A stretch of DNA of 39,150 nt, taken from NCBI GenBank assembly GCA_043741295.1, contig JAYUAM010000835.1, positions 1-39,150 of the forward strand, in the 5' to 3' direction. The notes under the pieces were generated by a model. That model was given only the letters and a program-made list of their open reading frames with translations. It was not told the origin of the DNA and ran no database searches. The translations under genes were made by a program, and so were the position numbers. Positions 25,336 through 33,847 of the stretch are shown here, in pieces (positions within the stretch are counted from its first letter, which is position 1; every line of letters starts with the position of its first letter). This DNA is from Acidimicrobiia bacterium. GTDB lineage: Bacteria; Actinomycetota; Acidimicrobiia; Acidimicrobiales; Ilumatobacteraceae.

Positions 25336-26918
25336 CAGGATGCGGCGACGCCGGTGCGGGCGTTGAACTCGTCGATCAACCCGTCCCACTCGCCGAGGTT
25401 GCGCCGCAACCCGCGCCAGAACGACTGCTCGCGTCGGGCGGTGAACACGTCGAACGCGGTGCCCTGCTGCTCGACCCAGGTGTAGTAGCCGAGGTTGAAG
25501 ATGCGCCGCCGGTCGGCCTCGGTGCACTCGATCATCGAACCGGTGTCGAGTGCTCCGAGGTGGCGGGCGTGCACCTCGGCAGCGTCGAGCGCGGTGAGCA
25601 CACCACCGAAACGTCGGGCGAGCGTCTTGCGCCGTTCGCTCGGGTAGAGCGACCCACCGTCGGTGGCCACGGTGATCACGACGTCGTCGGCGCCGAGGCC
25701 GAGCAGCTTCGCCGTCTTGATGGCAGCGAGCATGTTGGCGATCGACGAGAAGCCGAAGTGGGCGAGCGCGTCGACGACCGCGGGGTCGACGCCCTTGCGG
25801 CGGACGAGGTACGCGCGCCCCTCGTCGGTGTTGAACAGCACGTCGAGCTCGTCGGTGGCCTCGTCGGAGATCGCACACACGACGTCGGTGTTCATCACGT
25901 TGTGGATCAGCGGGATGTGCTTGTCACCGATCCCCTGGATGTTGTGCTCGCCGAAGCCGTTCTCGAGCATCGTCGGGCACTCGAGCGCCTCGACGGCGAC
26001 GATGCGCGTGCCGTAGTCGTCCTTCAACCGGTCGCCCGCAGCGATCGTGCCCGCCGAGCCGGTGGCGCTCGTGAAGGCGGCGAGCCGCAGGCCCGGTCGG
26101 GACGCGGCGAGGTGCTCGAACACCCGGCCGAGCGCGCGCCCCGTCACCTCGTAGTGGCCGAGGTGGTTGCCGAACTCGCAGAACTGGTTGAGCACGAAGT
26201 TCGTGTCGTCGCGCGCCAGCTCGTTGCACGCGTCGTAGATCTCCTTGACGTTGCTCTCCGATCCCGGCGTGCGGATGACGTCCTCCGCCGGGTTCGTGCA
26301 CCACCGGTCGAGCCAGTCGAAGCGCTCCTGGCTCATGCCCGCCGGCAGGATCGCCACGCCCCGGCAGCCGAGCAGGCGGCTGATGGCGATGCCCCCGCGC
26401 GCGTAGTTGCCGGTCGACGGCCAGATGGCGCGGTGGCGCGTCGGATCGAACTGGCCGGTGATGATCCGCGGCGCGAGACAGCTGTATGCGGCGAGCACCT
26501 TGTGGGCCGTGATCATGGGGAACGACTCGCCGAACACGACCACGATCGGACTCTCGACACCGGTCAGCTCCGGCGGGAGCACCACGTGTTCGGGGACGTC
26601 GGTCCAGTCGGTGGCCGACCGGTCGAGCCGGTTGTGCCAGTGGACGCGGAACAGGTTGAGCGGGTGGGCGGCGTCGCGGTCGACGTCCGTCAGGCGGGCC
26701 CGCACCGTGTCAGGGATCGTCGCCGGGTCGGCGAGCTGCGAGAACGTCGGCAGCACGATCCCCTGCTCGCGACATTGCGTCACCGAACGCCCGAGCGCCG
26801 CGGCATCGACCACCGTGCGGGCGAGGCCGAGCTGCCCGGCCAGGACGTCGGGGTCGAGGCCATTGGCGTCGGTGCCGGTGTCCGTGGTCGCCCCAGTGGT
26901 CGTCACAGTGATGGTCAC
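25332..26918 (-). CDS. Fold-type II PLP-dependent enzyme of the cysteine synthase / Trp-synthase-beta superfamily, unusually long (528 aa)
   Basis: [13 protein letters not shown] (candidate PLP lysine), [33 protein letters not shown] (phosphate-binding loop type), [14 protein letters not shown] (compare the IQGIG motif of CysK). It also has N- and C-terminal extensions of about 100 aa each that I do not recognise. Confidence 0.85.
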   Translation of the reverse strand: MTITVTTTGATTDTGTDANGLDPDVLAGQLGLARTVVDAAALGRSVTQCREQGIVLPTFSQLADPATIPDTVRARLTDVDRDAAHPLNLFRVHWHNRLDRSATDWTDVPEHVVLPPELTGVESPIVVVFGESFPMITAHKVLAAYSCLAPRIITGQFDPTRHRAIWPSTGNYARGGIAISRLLGCRGVAILPAGMSQERFDWLDRWCTNPAEDVIRTPGSESNVKEIYDACNELARDDTNFVLNQFCEFGNHLGHYEVTGRALGRVFEHLAASRPGLRLAAFTSATGSAGTIAAGDRLKDDYGTRIVAVEALECPTMLENGFGEHNIQGIGDKHIPLIHNVMNTDVVCAISDEATDELDVLFNTDEGRAYLVRRKGVDPAVVDALAHFGFSSIANMLAAIKTAKLLGLGADDVVITVATDGGSLYPSERRKTLARRFGGVLTALDAAEVHARHLGALDTGSMIECTEADRRRIFNLGYYTWVEQQGTAFDVFTARREQSFWRGLRRNLGEWDGLIDEFNARTGVAASW

Positions 26919-26977
26919 GGGGACAGTGTGTCAAAGGCGCTGGCGTTGCGTACAGAACGCCGCCGGGATCCGGGCGC

Positions 26978-28438
26978 GTGCCGTTACGCCGCCACCGCCG
27001 GGCCCTAGGGTTGCCCCCCGTGTCCGCCCCGAGGTCAGCCGCCCGCCGTCGGTGGCGCCCGTCGATCGCCGTCGCTGCGCTGCTCGTTGCAGCGTCCTCG
27101 TGCGCCGACGCCACGGCGCGGCCGTCGCTATCTCCGCCGGTGTCCACGCCGGCTGACGACGCCCACGCGCACGACGTCACAACGCGGCCACCGTTCACGC
27201 TCGTTCCCCCGCCCGCGGGCGCTTCGTCCACCACGTCGCCCGAGGCGGTCGTCGCGCCCGCATCGAACGCGCCGGCGGCCTCGACCACGGTTCCCGGGAC
27301 CACCACCACCTTGGCGCCCGTGAGGACGATCTCAGGCATGCCGACCGTGGTCGATCCGGCGAACCTGTACTCCGAGGCGATCGCCGGCAAGCCGTCCGGC
27401 GCCCCCGCGAACGCCAAGCAGTACGTCTACGTGCCGTCGGACCAGGACGGCAGCGTGACGGTGATCGACCAGGCGACGTTCCAGGTGGTCGACACGATGG
27501 CCACCGGCGGCAAGCTCGTGCAACACGTCGTGCCGAGCTACGACCTGCAGACGCTGTATGCGAACGTGAGCGGCAGCAACTTCTTGCGCGAGATCGACCC
27601 GGTCACCGCCAAGTTGGGCGCCAAGATCCCGGTCGACGCGCCGTACAACCTGTACTTCACCCCGGATGGCACGCGGGCGCTCGTGATGGCCGAACGCCGC
27701 AACCGCATCGATGTCTACGACCGGCTGACGTGGAAGCTGTTGAAGAAGGTCCCGGTGCCCTGCCAGTCACGCGTGCGCGGTCAGAGCTACGGCGGGGTGA
27801 ACCACGCCGACTGGTCGATCGACGGCCGTTACTTCCTGGCGACGTGCGAGTTCGCCGGACGCATGATCAAGGTCGATACCGAGACGATGGAGATCGTCGC
27901 CACGCTCGACCTCGAGGGCGCGGGGGCAACCCGCATGGCGATGCCCCAGGACGTGCGCATCACGCCGGACGGCAAGAAGTTCTACGTCGCCGACATGATG
28001 AACGACGGTGTGTGGGTGGTGGACGGCGAGACGATGAAGGTCGTCACGCGCATCGAGACGGGCAAGGGCGCCCACGGCATCTACCCGAGCCGCGACGGCT
28101 CGGTGTTCTACGTCGCCAACCGCGGGCGCTTCTACGCCGAGACCGACAACCGGCGCTCGAAGCCGGGGGAAGGTTCGGTGTCGGTCGTCGACTGGCGCAC
28201 CGACAAGGTGACGACCACGTGGCCGATTCCCGACGGCGGTTCGCCCGACATGGGCGGCGTGTCCGCCGACGGTAAGACGCTGTGGCTCTCGGGTCGTTAC
28301 GACGCCGAGGTGTACGCCATCGACACGGCGAACGGCCAGCTGCGCGCCCGCATCGGCACGCCCGGTTCGCCCCACGGCCTGTGCGTCTTCCCGCAGCCCG
28401 GCCGCTACTCGCTGGGGCACACCGGCAACTACCGGTAG
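26978..28438 (+). CDS. YVTN-family beta-propeller repeat lipoprotein
   Basis: Lipoprotein signal (IAVAALLVAASSC; the likely true start is GTG 27020). A Pro/Thr/Ala linker, then repeated YV....GSV.VID......V..I..G...H.. units (YVYVPSDQDGSVTVIDQATF; FYVADMMNDGVWVVDGETM; FYVANRG; LWLSGRYDAEVYAIDTANG). Confidence 0.85.
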   Translation: MPLRRHRRALGLPPVSAPRSAARRRWRPSIAVAALLVAASSCADATARPSLSPPVSTPADDAHAHDVTTRPPFTLVPPPAGASSTTSPEAVVAPASNAPAASTTVPGTTTTLAPVRTISGMPTVVDPANLYSEAIAGKPSGAPANAKQYVYVPSDQDGSVTVIDQATFQVVDTMATGGKLVQHVVPSYDLQTLYANVSGSNFLREIDPVTAKLGAKIPVDAPYNLYFTPDGTRALVMAERRNRIDVYDRLTWKLLKKVPVPCQSRVRGQSYGGVNHADWSIDGRYFLATCEFAGRMIKVDTETMEIVATLDLEGAGATRMAMPQDVRITPDGKKFYVADMMNDGVWVVDGETMKVVTRIETGKGAHGIYPSRDGSVFYVANRGRFYAETDNRRSKPGEGSVSVVDWRTDKVTTTWPIPDGGSPDMGGVSADGKTLWLSGRYDAEVYAIDTANGQLRARIGTPGSPHGLCVFPQPGRYSLGHTGNYR

Positions 28439-28492
28439 CGGAACCGTCTATCCTCCCGGCGGCCCCTCCCTCTGCCGCCCCTGGAGATCCTG

Positions 28493-29047
28493 ATGTCCGA
28501 TGCCCTGCCGCTCAACCCTGGTACCTGGTCGTTCGACCCCGCCCACTCCGGCGTCCACTTCAAGGTCCGCCACCTCGGCCTCACCAACGTGCGGGGGCGC
28601 TTCAACGGCGTCGACGCCGCGCTCGTCGTCGGCGACACCCTCGCCGACACGCACCTTTCTGCGACGATCGACATCAGCACGATCGACACCAACCAGTCCG
28701 ATCGTGACGCCCACCTGCTGTCGCAGGACTTCTTCGCCGCCGAGAAGCACCCGACGATGACGTTTGCGTCGACGTCGATCGCCGACAAGGGCGACAGCGA
28801 GTACGAAGCGACCGGCGATCTGACGATCAACGGCGTGACCCGTCCGACGACCCTTACGGTCGAGTTCACCGGTCGGGCCGTGAATCCCGCCGACGGTCGC
28901 GAGCGCGCCGGTTTCGTCGCCACGACCCAGATCCTGCGCGAGGAGTTCGGCATCGACTTCAACATGCCGCTCGGCGTCGACAAGTTCGCGCTCGGCAAGA
29001 AGATCGACATCGAGATCGACGTCGAGTTCGTCTCGCCGGCGAGCTGA
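28493..29047 (+). CDS. YceI-family (polyisoprenoid-binding-like) protein
   Basis: 184 aa: W.FDPAHS.V.F.VRHLG...VRG.F.......V.........A.ID..SIDT.....RD.HL.S.DFF....HP...F.ST, GDLTI.GVT.P, and the F.I.R..FG motif. Confidence 0.93.
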   Translation: MSDALPLNPGTWSFDPAHSGVHFKVRHLGLTNVRGRFNGVDAALVVGDTLADTHLSATIDISTIDTNQSDRDAHLLSQDFFAAEKHPTMTFASTSIADKGDSEYEATGDLTINGVTRPTTLTVEFTGRAVNPADGRERAGFVATTQILREEFGIDFNMPLGVDKFALGKKIDIEIDVEFVSPAS

Positions 29048-29101
29048 CGTCGGCGGGGCGCGCGCTGACGCTCCTCGCTGGGACAACAGGCGCGATCCGC
29101 G

Positions 29102-29983
29102 CTACGAGAGCAGGGTCGAGACGGTGACGGGTTGCAGGCCGGCCTTCGCCAGGTCGTCGAGCACGTTCGGCATCGCCGCCGGCGTGTTGGCGTGGCCGAA
29201 GTGCAGGCTCACGATCGAGCCGCCCTGCACGCCTTTGGCCACGTTGGCGCGCACCGCCGCGGCGCTGGGGTCCTGGAAGTCGAGCGAGTCGACGTCGTAG
29301 CCGACGCTCGTGGCGTACCCGGCCTTGCCGGCCGCGGCGAGGATCGCATCGGTCGGGACCTCGATCTGCGACGGGCGGAACCAGCGCCCGATCGATCCGT
29401 TGTAGCGCTCGATCGCGTTCGCGCACCGCGTGATCTCGTCGGCCATCGTCGCCGCGCCCATCGTGCGCATCGCGCCGTGCGACCAGGTGTGGTTCGCCAG
29501 CTCGTGGCCGTCGGCCAGCATGCGCTGGGCGAGCCCGGGGTTCTGATCGAGCCAGGTGCCGACGGCGAACACGGTGACGGCGACCCCGCGCTCCTTGAAC
29601 ACGTCGAGCAGGCGGGTGGCAAGGGCCGATTCACCGGCGCAGTGGAACGTGAGCGCCACCTGCCGGCGGTCGCGCGGGCCGTTCGGGACGAACGCCGCCG
29701 GGCCTCCGGCGGCGGGCGGCGCGACGGTGGGCGGCAACGTGGCGGCCGCCGTGCTCTCGGTCGCGGCCGTGCTACCGGCCGGGGCGGCGCTGGCCGGCGC
29801 ATCGCTCGCCAGCGTCTCGCCGGTCGACGAGGGTACGGCCGAGCCGGACGCGTCGGCGCCTGCCGTCGTGGCCGGGGCGGCGCCGCTCGTGTTGGGCGCG
29901 CAGGCGGCGAGGGCACCGGCGGCGGCGACCCCTAGGAAGGTGCGCCTCGGGAAGCGGCGGTTCGACGTCACCCCGCCAGTCAA
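29102..29983 (-). CDS. Polysaccharide deacetylase (NodB/CE4) family lipoprotein with a Tat-like signal
   Basis: RRFPRRTFLGVAAAGALAAC (twin-Arg plus lipobox), an Ala/Ser/Thr linker, then NodB motifs HTWSH, FRPS and IVSLHFGH. Motif 1 reads TFHCAG instead of TFDDG. Confidence 0.88.
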   Translation of the reverse strand: MTGGVTSNRRFPRRTFLGVAAAGALAACAPNTSGAAPATTAGADASGSAVPSSTGETLASDAPASAAPAGSTAATESTAAATLPPTVAPPAAGGPAAFVPNGPRDRRQVALTFHCAGESALATRLLDVFKERGVAVTVFAVGTWLDQNPGLAQRMLADGHELANHTWSHGAMRTMGAATMADEITRCANAIERYNGSIGRWFRPSQIEVPTDAILAAAGKAGYATSVGYDVDSLDFQDPSAAAVRANVAKGVQGGSIVSLHFGHANTPAAMPNVLDDLAKAGLQPVTVSTLLS

Positions 29984-30055
29984 GCACCGGGCGCGCCGTC
30001 GACCGAATCACCCATGAGGTCGCCGCGCGACCAGGCCACTCGGGACGAGCGACGC

Positions 30056-31807
30056 TCAGCCGTCGGTGTACAGCGGTTCGCCACGTCGCAGGAGCTGGGC
30101 GGTGCGCACGATCTGCACGCGTTCGCGTCGCGTCGGTGTGTGGGCGGCCAGGAAGCGGGCGACACCGGCGAGCGTGAGCGCCGCTTCCTCGGACCCCTCG
30201 GGCCACGAGAGTGCGTGGCGCGCCCCGGCCTCGACGATCTGGTAGGCGTGGAACCCGGCGTCCTCCTGCAGCAACGCGTGACCGACGGCGGCGATCACCG
30301 CTCTCGTGCCGCCGGGTCGGCGGGCCAGGCGGTACGTGAGCACGCCGGTGCGGTCGACCTCGCCCTGGCGGTCCCAGCACGCAGCCAGCTCGTCGAACGT
30401 CGCCTCACCCTCGGTCGGACGCCGGGCGGCGGGCACGTTCAGGAAACGGTCGAGGTGGATGCGCAGCGCCAGCTGCGGTACGGCCCGGAGCAGTTCGGGT
30501 GTCGGCTGACGGGCGAGCGACTGGTGCAGCGCGTGGGCGCTGGTGAAGGTGTGGTGCACCGTGTTCCAGTCGCCGACGTCGTTGCGGGTCGGGAAGCGCA
30601 CGAGTCGGAGCGCAGCAGCGTGGGCGACGGCCCGGCCGAGCTCCTCGGCGGTTGCCCCGGTCTCGGCGGCTGCGAGGATCGCCGCAAGCACGACTTCGGG
30701 CTCGCCGTCGACGATGGTGGCGGCGAGAGCAGCGGCATCGAGCGTGCCCGATCCGCCCGGCGCGGCAGCATGGGCTGCGAGCAACTTCGGCGTCGCGTCG
30801 CGCAGCATCGCCACGAGATCGACGGGGTGCTGCCACTCGGACGACTCCTCGGCCCGGTCGCCGGCGCAGGTCTGGGCGACGAGCGACGTGAGCGCCAGTC
30901 CGGCCAGCTCGGTGTCGACGAGCGCGGCAATCTCGGCCGCCTTGTTCGTGAAGTCGAGGGCGTGACCCTCATCGACGAAGACGTGGTCGGTGACGGCGGC
31001 GAACATCGTCGCCTCAGCCGCGTTGCGATCGGCGTCGACGAGCGTCGCGAGGGCCCGCTCGGCGGCGTCGGCGGTGCGCGTCTCGACGAACCGGCGGTAC
31101 CACTCGGCGAGCCTCGCCGGTCGCACGCCCGCCTCGTCGAGCGGACGTTCGGGGAAGCGCGGCGCGCGGCCGGCCGTCGAACGGGCCACCTCGGCCACGC
31201 CGTGCACGAGTGCCAGTGCCCGATCGGGCTCGTCCAGGAGCGGCACGAGGTTGGCCAGGGCCACGAGGGTGGTGAGGCCCGACGACCACCCGTCGGCGCG
31301 GTTGACGAGCCCGAAGCGGGCGGCCTCGGCCACGAGCTCGGCCGGTGCGACGCCGGCATCGAGCAGCCCGAGGATCGCCTTCGCCATCACCAACGTGATG
31401 CCGTGCTCGAGCCCGTCGCGCAGGCGGGCACGGAGACGTTCGACCGACGGGCCCACGGTCCGCGAGCGCACCTGCACCTGGCCGTCGACCGCCTGCGCCT
31501 CGAAGCCGACGGCGTCGTCGGCCCACGGGTCGAGCGTGCACCCGCTGGCCAGATCGAACCGGGCGTGGTGCCAGTGGCAGGTGATCATCCCGGCCTCGAC
31601 GGTGCCCTGGTGGAGCGGGAAGCCGAGGTGCGGGCAGCGGTCCTCGATCGCGTAGAGCGCCCCCTCGTTCTCGACCACGACGACCGGAAGCCGGCCGACC
31701 TTCGTCAGCAGCCGGCCGGCCGATCGCAGCTCGTCCACGGTTCCCGCCACCGACCAGGCGCCGGGCGAAGTCGGGTCCGCGTTCGCGTCGGCGTTTCGCA
31801 AGCTCAT
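30056..31807 (-). CDS. Rieske [2Fe-2S] domain protein fused to a helical domain of about 470 aa with unknown function
   Basis: The N-terminal 110 aa read LYAIEDRCPHLGFPLHQG.......ITCHWHHARFDL.SG (CxH...CxxH Rieske ligands). The remainder is Ala/Leu-rich and helical, with no motif I recognise. Confidence 0.85.
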   Translation of the reverse strand: MSLRNADANADPTSPGAWSVAGTVDELRSAGRLLTKVGRLPVVVVENEGALYAIEDRCPHLGFPLHQGTVEAGMITCHWHHARFDLASGCTLDPWADDAVGFEAQAVDGQVQVRSRTVGPSVERLRARLRDGLEHGITLVMAKAILGLLDAGVAPAELVAEAARFGLVNRADGWSSGLTTLVALANLVPLLDEPDRALALVHGVAEVARSTAGRAPRFPERPLDEAGVRPARLAEWYRRFVETRTADAAERALATLVDADRNAAEATMFAAVTDHVFVDEGHALDFTNKAAEIAALVDTELAGLALTSLVAQTCAGDRAEESSEWQHPVDLVAMLRDATPKLLAAHAAAPGGSGTLDAAALAATIVDGEPEVVLAAILAAAETGATAEELGRAVAHAAALRLVRFPTRNDVGDWNTVHHTFTSAHALHQSLARQPTPELLRAVPQLALRIHLDRFLNVPAARRPTEGEATFDELAACWDRQGEVDRTGVLTYRLARRPGGTRAVIAAVGHALLQEDAGFHAYQIVEAGARHALSWPEGSEEAALTLAGVARFLAAHTPTRRERVQIVRTAQLLRRGEPLYTDG

Positions 31808-31809
31808 GC

Positions 31810-31885
31810 TTCGGATACTTCACCCCGACGACACCACGGTCAAGGCATTTCATCAAGACCAGGGTTCGGATATTCGAGGTACACT
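31810..31885. promoter_or_regulatory. Divergent promoter region with direct repeat TTCGGATA(C/T)T (31810-31819 and 31865-31874) and a TACACT -10-like hexamer at 31880-31885
   Basis: An 84-bp spacer between the divergent Rieske (ATG 31807) and regulator (ATG 31892) genes. It is locally less GC-rich. The hexamer ends 6 nt before the ATG, which is compatible with a leaderless mRNA (inference). Confidence 0.3.
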
Positions 31886-31891
31886 CCGAGG

Positions 31892-32599
31892 ATGGGTGCG
31901 ACGACGCAACAGCCGGGCACCAAGACCGGGTCCGGCGCCGCCGCCGGTGCGAGCACCTCGGCCGACCTGAGCGAGGCAAAGCGTCGCCTGCTCGGTCGGC
32001 TGAAGCGCACCGACTCGGCGACCGCACCCGAGCTCGCCGCCGAGTTCGGCCTCACCGACACCGCGATCCGCCAGCACCTCGAGGCGATGGAGACGGGCGG
32101 CCTCGTCGAACGGGCCACGTCGGTGCCGGCCGGTCGCGGCCGGCCGCCCGTCGCGTGGCGCCTCACCGCACTCGCCGCCGCGGTGTTTCCCGACCGCCAT
32201 CGCGATCTCACGGTCGACCTGCTCGATGCCGTGCGTCGCTCGCTCGGTCCGGAAGCGCTCGATGCGGTGCTCGATGCCCGCACCGCCGCCCAGCTCGCCG
32301 ACTACCAGGGTTCGATCGGCCGAACTCGCGGGCGTGACGTGCTGGCACGGGTCCGAGCGCTGGCCGCCCGCCGCACGGCCGAGGGCTACCTCGCCGAGGC
32401 CGAGGCGCAGCCCGACGGCGCGGTGCTGCTGGTCGAGCACCACTGCCCCATCGCCGACGCCGCCCGCTCGTGCGCCGGACTGTGCCGTTCCGAGCTCGAT
32501 CTGTTCCGCGGTCTCCTCGGCCCCGACGTCACGATCGAGCGCACCTCGCACCTCCTCGCCGGCGACCAACGCTGCGCCTACCGCATCACCCGCGCCTGA
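31892..32599 (+). CDS. ArsR/DeoR-type winged-helix regulator with a C-terminal Cys-rich sensor domain (SufR-like)
   Basis: HTH is TAPELAAEFGLTDTAIRQHLEAMETGGLV......GRGRP...W.LT. The C-terminus is LLVEHHCPIADAARSCAGLCRSELDLFRGLLGPDVTIERTSHLLAGDQRCAYRI, resembling the Cys arrangement of Fe-S-sensing SufR regulators. The track shows it only as the tail of an 861-aa wrong-frame ORF. Confidence 0.8.
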   Translation: MGATTQQPGTKTGSGAAAGASTSADLSEAKRRLLGRLKRTDSATAPELAAEFGLTDTAIRQHLEAMETGGLVERATSVPAGRGRPPVAWRLTALAAAVFPDRHRDLTVDLLDAVRRSLGPEALDAVLDARTAAQLADYQGSIGRTRGRDVLARVRALAARRTAEGYLAEAEAQPDGAVLLVEHHCPIADAARSCAGLCRSELDLFRGLLGPDVTIERTSHLLAGDQRCAYRITRA

Positions 32600-32641
32600 C
32601 GGCGCCCGGGCCGGCCCCGCCCCGGCCCCCCGGCCCCCCGG

Positions 32642-32713
32642 CCTACCGAAAACCCCCGGCCTACCGAAAACCCCCGGGCTACCGAAAACCCCCGGGCTAC
32701 CGAACACCCCCGG
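32642..32713. repeat. 18-bp tandem repeat x4 ((C/G)CTACCGAA(A/C)ACCCCCGG), non-coding
   Basis: Units start at 32642, 32660, 32678 and 32696. The array is flanked by two copies of CCGGCCCCGCCCCGGCCC (about 32611 and 32735) and two of CATACCGAGCACCCCGGC (32720-32737 and 32772-32789). Confidence 0.9.
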
Positions 32714-32789
32714 GCCCCGGCATACCGAGCACCCCGGCCCCGCCCCGGCCCTCGGCCCCCAGGCCCCCCGACATACCGAGCACCCCGGC

Positions 32790-32842
32790 TCGAACGTTGA
32801 CGCCGTAAGCGCCACCTTCGCACGTACGCGGTCGACGTTCGA
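32790..32842. repeat. 53-nt palindromic element, diverged copy (arms TCGAACGTTGAC / GTCGACGTTCGA, 29-nt spacer), 67 nt upstream of the DUF559 gene start
   Basis: Arms at 32790-32801 and 32831-32842. The spacer GCCGTAAGCGCCACCTTCGCACGTACGCG shares a GC(C)GCCACC..GCAC core with the downstream copies. Confidence 0.8.
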
Positions 32843-32908
32843 TCTTCCGTGGACGCCGGTATCGTTCGCAACGACTTCCCCGGTCGGTTCGACCCTTCGG
32901 GAGATGTC

Positions 32909-33847
32909 ATGGCGCTGCCGCTCGCGGCGATGAACTGGTTCGCGACCCATCACGGGGTCGCCGATCGTAGGACCTTGCGGACGCTCGGGCTGTCGCCAGC
33001 AAAGATCGACCATCTGGTGGCCGATGGGCAGTTGGTCGCCGTGCATCGCGCCGTCTACCGATCGGCGACGTGGCCGGAGGACGGCGAGTTGACGCGCGCC
33101 CTCGCCGCCTGCCTCGCCGCTCCGACGGCAGCGGTGTCGCTTCAGACCGCCGCTCGCATGTGGGGACTCCGGCGCTGTGCGGGCACCGACGTGCACGTGG
33201 TCGTCCCGTCCCGCCACCATCCGGAGCTGGCCGGTGTGACCGTGCGCCGTTCGGTCACGCTGCCGCGTAAGGATCTCGTCCACCGCCACGACGGGATCGT
33301 GCTCACCAGCGCGGTGCGCACGGTCTGCGATCTCGCCGCCGTGCTCGACGAGGACGACCTGGCGTCCGTCATCGAGCAGGTGCTCGACCAGTTCCACATC
33401 CAGTACCGCACGTTGCGGCGCACGGCCGACGCGCTCATGGGTCGCGGCTGGCCCGGCTCTACGCGCCTGCGCTCGGTGCTCGACGGGCGCACGCCCGGTG
33501 CGGCAGCACACGACTCGCATCTCGAAGTGCGCCTCGCCCGTGCCCTCGTCCGCAGCGGCCTTCCGGCGCCTGTCCGCCAGTTTCCGGTGACGATCCTGCC
33601 GGGGATCACGGTGCACGGGGATCTGGCCTTCCCCGACGTGCGCCTCGTCATCGAGGTCGACCACCGGGCATGGCGCAGCGGCGACCAGGCCGCGCTCGAC
33701 AAGCGCCGGGACCGCCTCGTCAAGCTCGCCGGCTACGACACCATCCGCGTGTCGGACGACGACCTCCGGCACCGCTTCGACCCGACGATCGCCGAGGTCG
33801 TTGCGCTCTACCGCCGCGCCTCCCGCCGCGCCGGGGTCGAACCTTGA
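32909..33847 (+). CDS. AbiEi-like winged-helix N-terminal domain fused to a DUF559 (Vsr/restriction-endonuclease-like fold) domain
   Basis: ATG 32909 preceded by GGGAG. The N-terminus is HHGV..RR.L..LG.S...I..LV..G.L..VHR.VY. The C-terminus is S.LE.R......GLP.P..Q.......G....DLAFP..RL.IEVD....H......D..RD..L...G....R....DL, the typical DUF559 layout common in actinobacteria. Confidence 0.85.
   Translation: MALPLAAMNWFATHHGVADRRTLRTLGLSPAKIDHLVADGQLVAVHRAVYRSATWPEDGELTRALAACLAAPTAAVSLQTAARMWGLRRCAGTDVHVVVPSRHHPELAGVTVRRSVTLPRKDLVHRHDGIVLTSAVRTVCDLAAVLDEDDLASVIEQVLDQFHIQYRTLRRTADALMGRGWPGSTRLRSVLDGRTPGAAAHDSHLEVRLARALVRSGLPAPVRQFPVTILPGITVHGDLAFPDVRLVIEVDHRAWRSGDQAALDKRRDRLVKLAGYDTIRVSDDDLRHRFDPTIAEVVALYRRASRRAGVEP

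Noticed and set aside
24816-27008. 730-aa plus-strand ORF antisense to the two PLP enzyme genes
   Set aside because: It lies opposite two genes with clear PLP-enzyme motifs. The translation is Arg/Gly/Asp/Val-rich with no recognisable domain. This is typical of antisense-frame ORFs in GC-rich DNA.
32642-32713. CRISPR array (also considered for the 14-bp arrays at 4325-4376 and 7268-7336)
   Set aside because: The units are contiguous or separated by only 6-7 nt, with no unique spacers. The repeats are far shorter than CRISPR repeats, and there are no cas genes.
32226-32933. ORFs translating the 18-bp repeats as PGLPKTPGLPKT... or PPAYRKPPAYRK... (collagen- or PPE-like repeat protein?)
   Set aside because: They start inside the regulator gene in a wrong frame. 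They have no plausible start or RBS near the repeats. All three frames give similar low-complexity output, and the repeats behave like non-coding DNA repeats with flanking direct repeats.
33833-33845. GGGGTCGAACC resembling a tRNA T-arm (GGTTCGAATCC)
   Set aside because: No acceptor stem, D-arm or anticodon arm can be built around it. The sequence is explained as the left arm of the palindromic repeat element.
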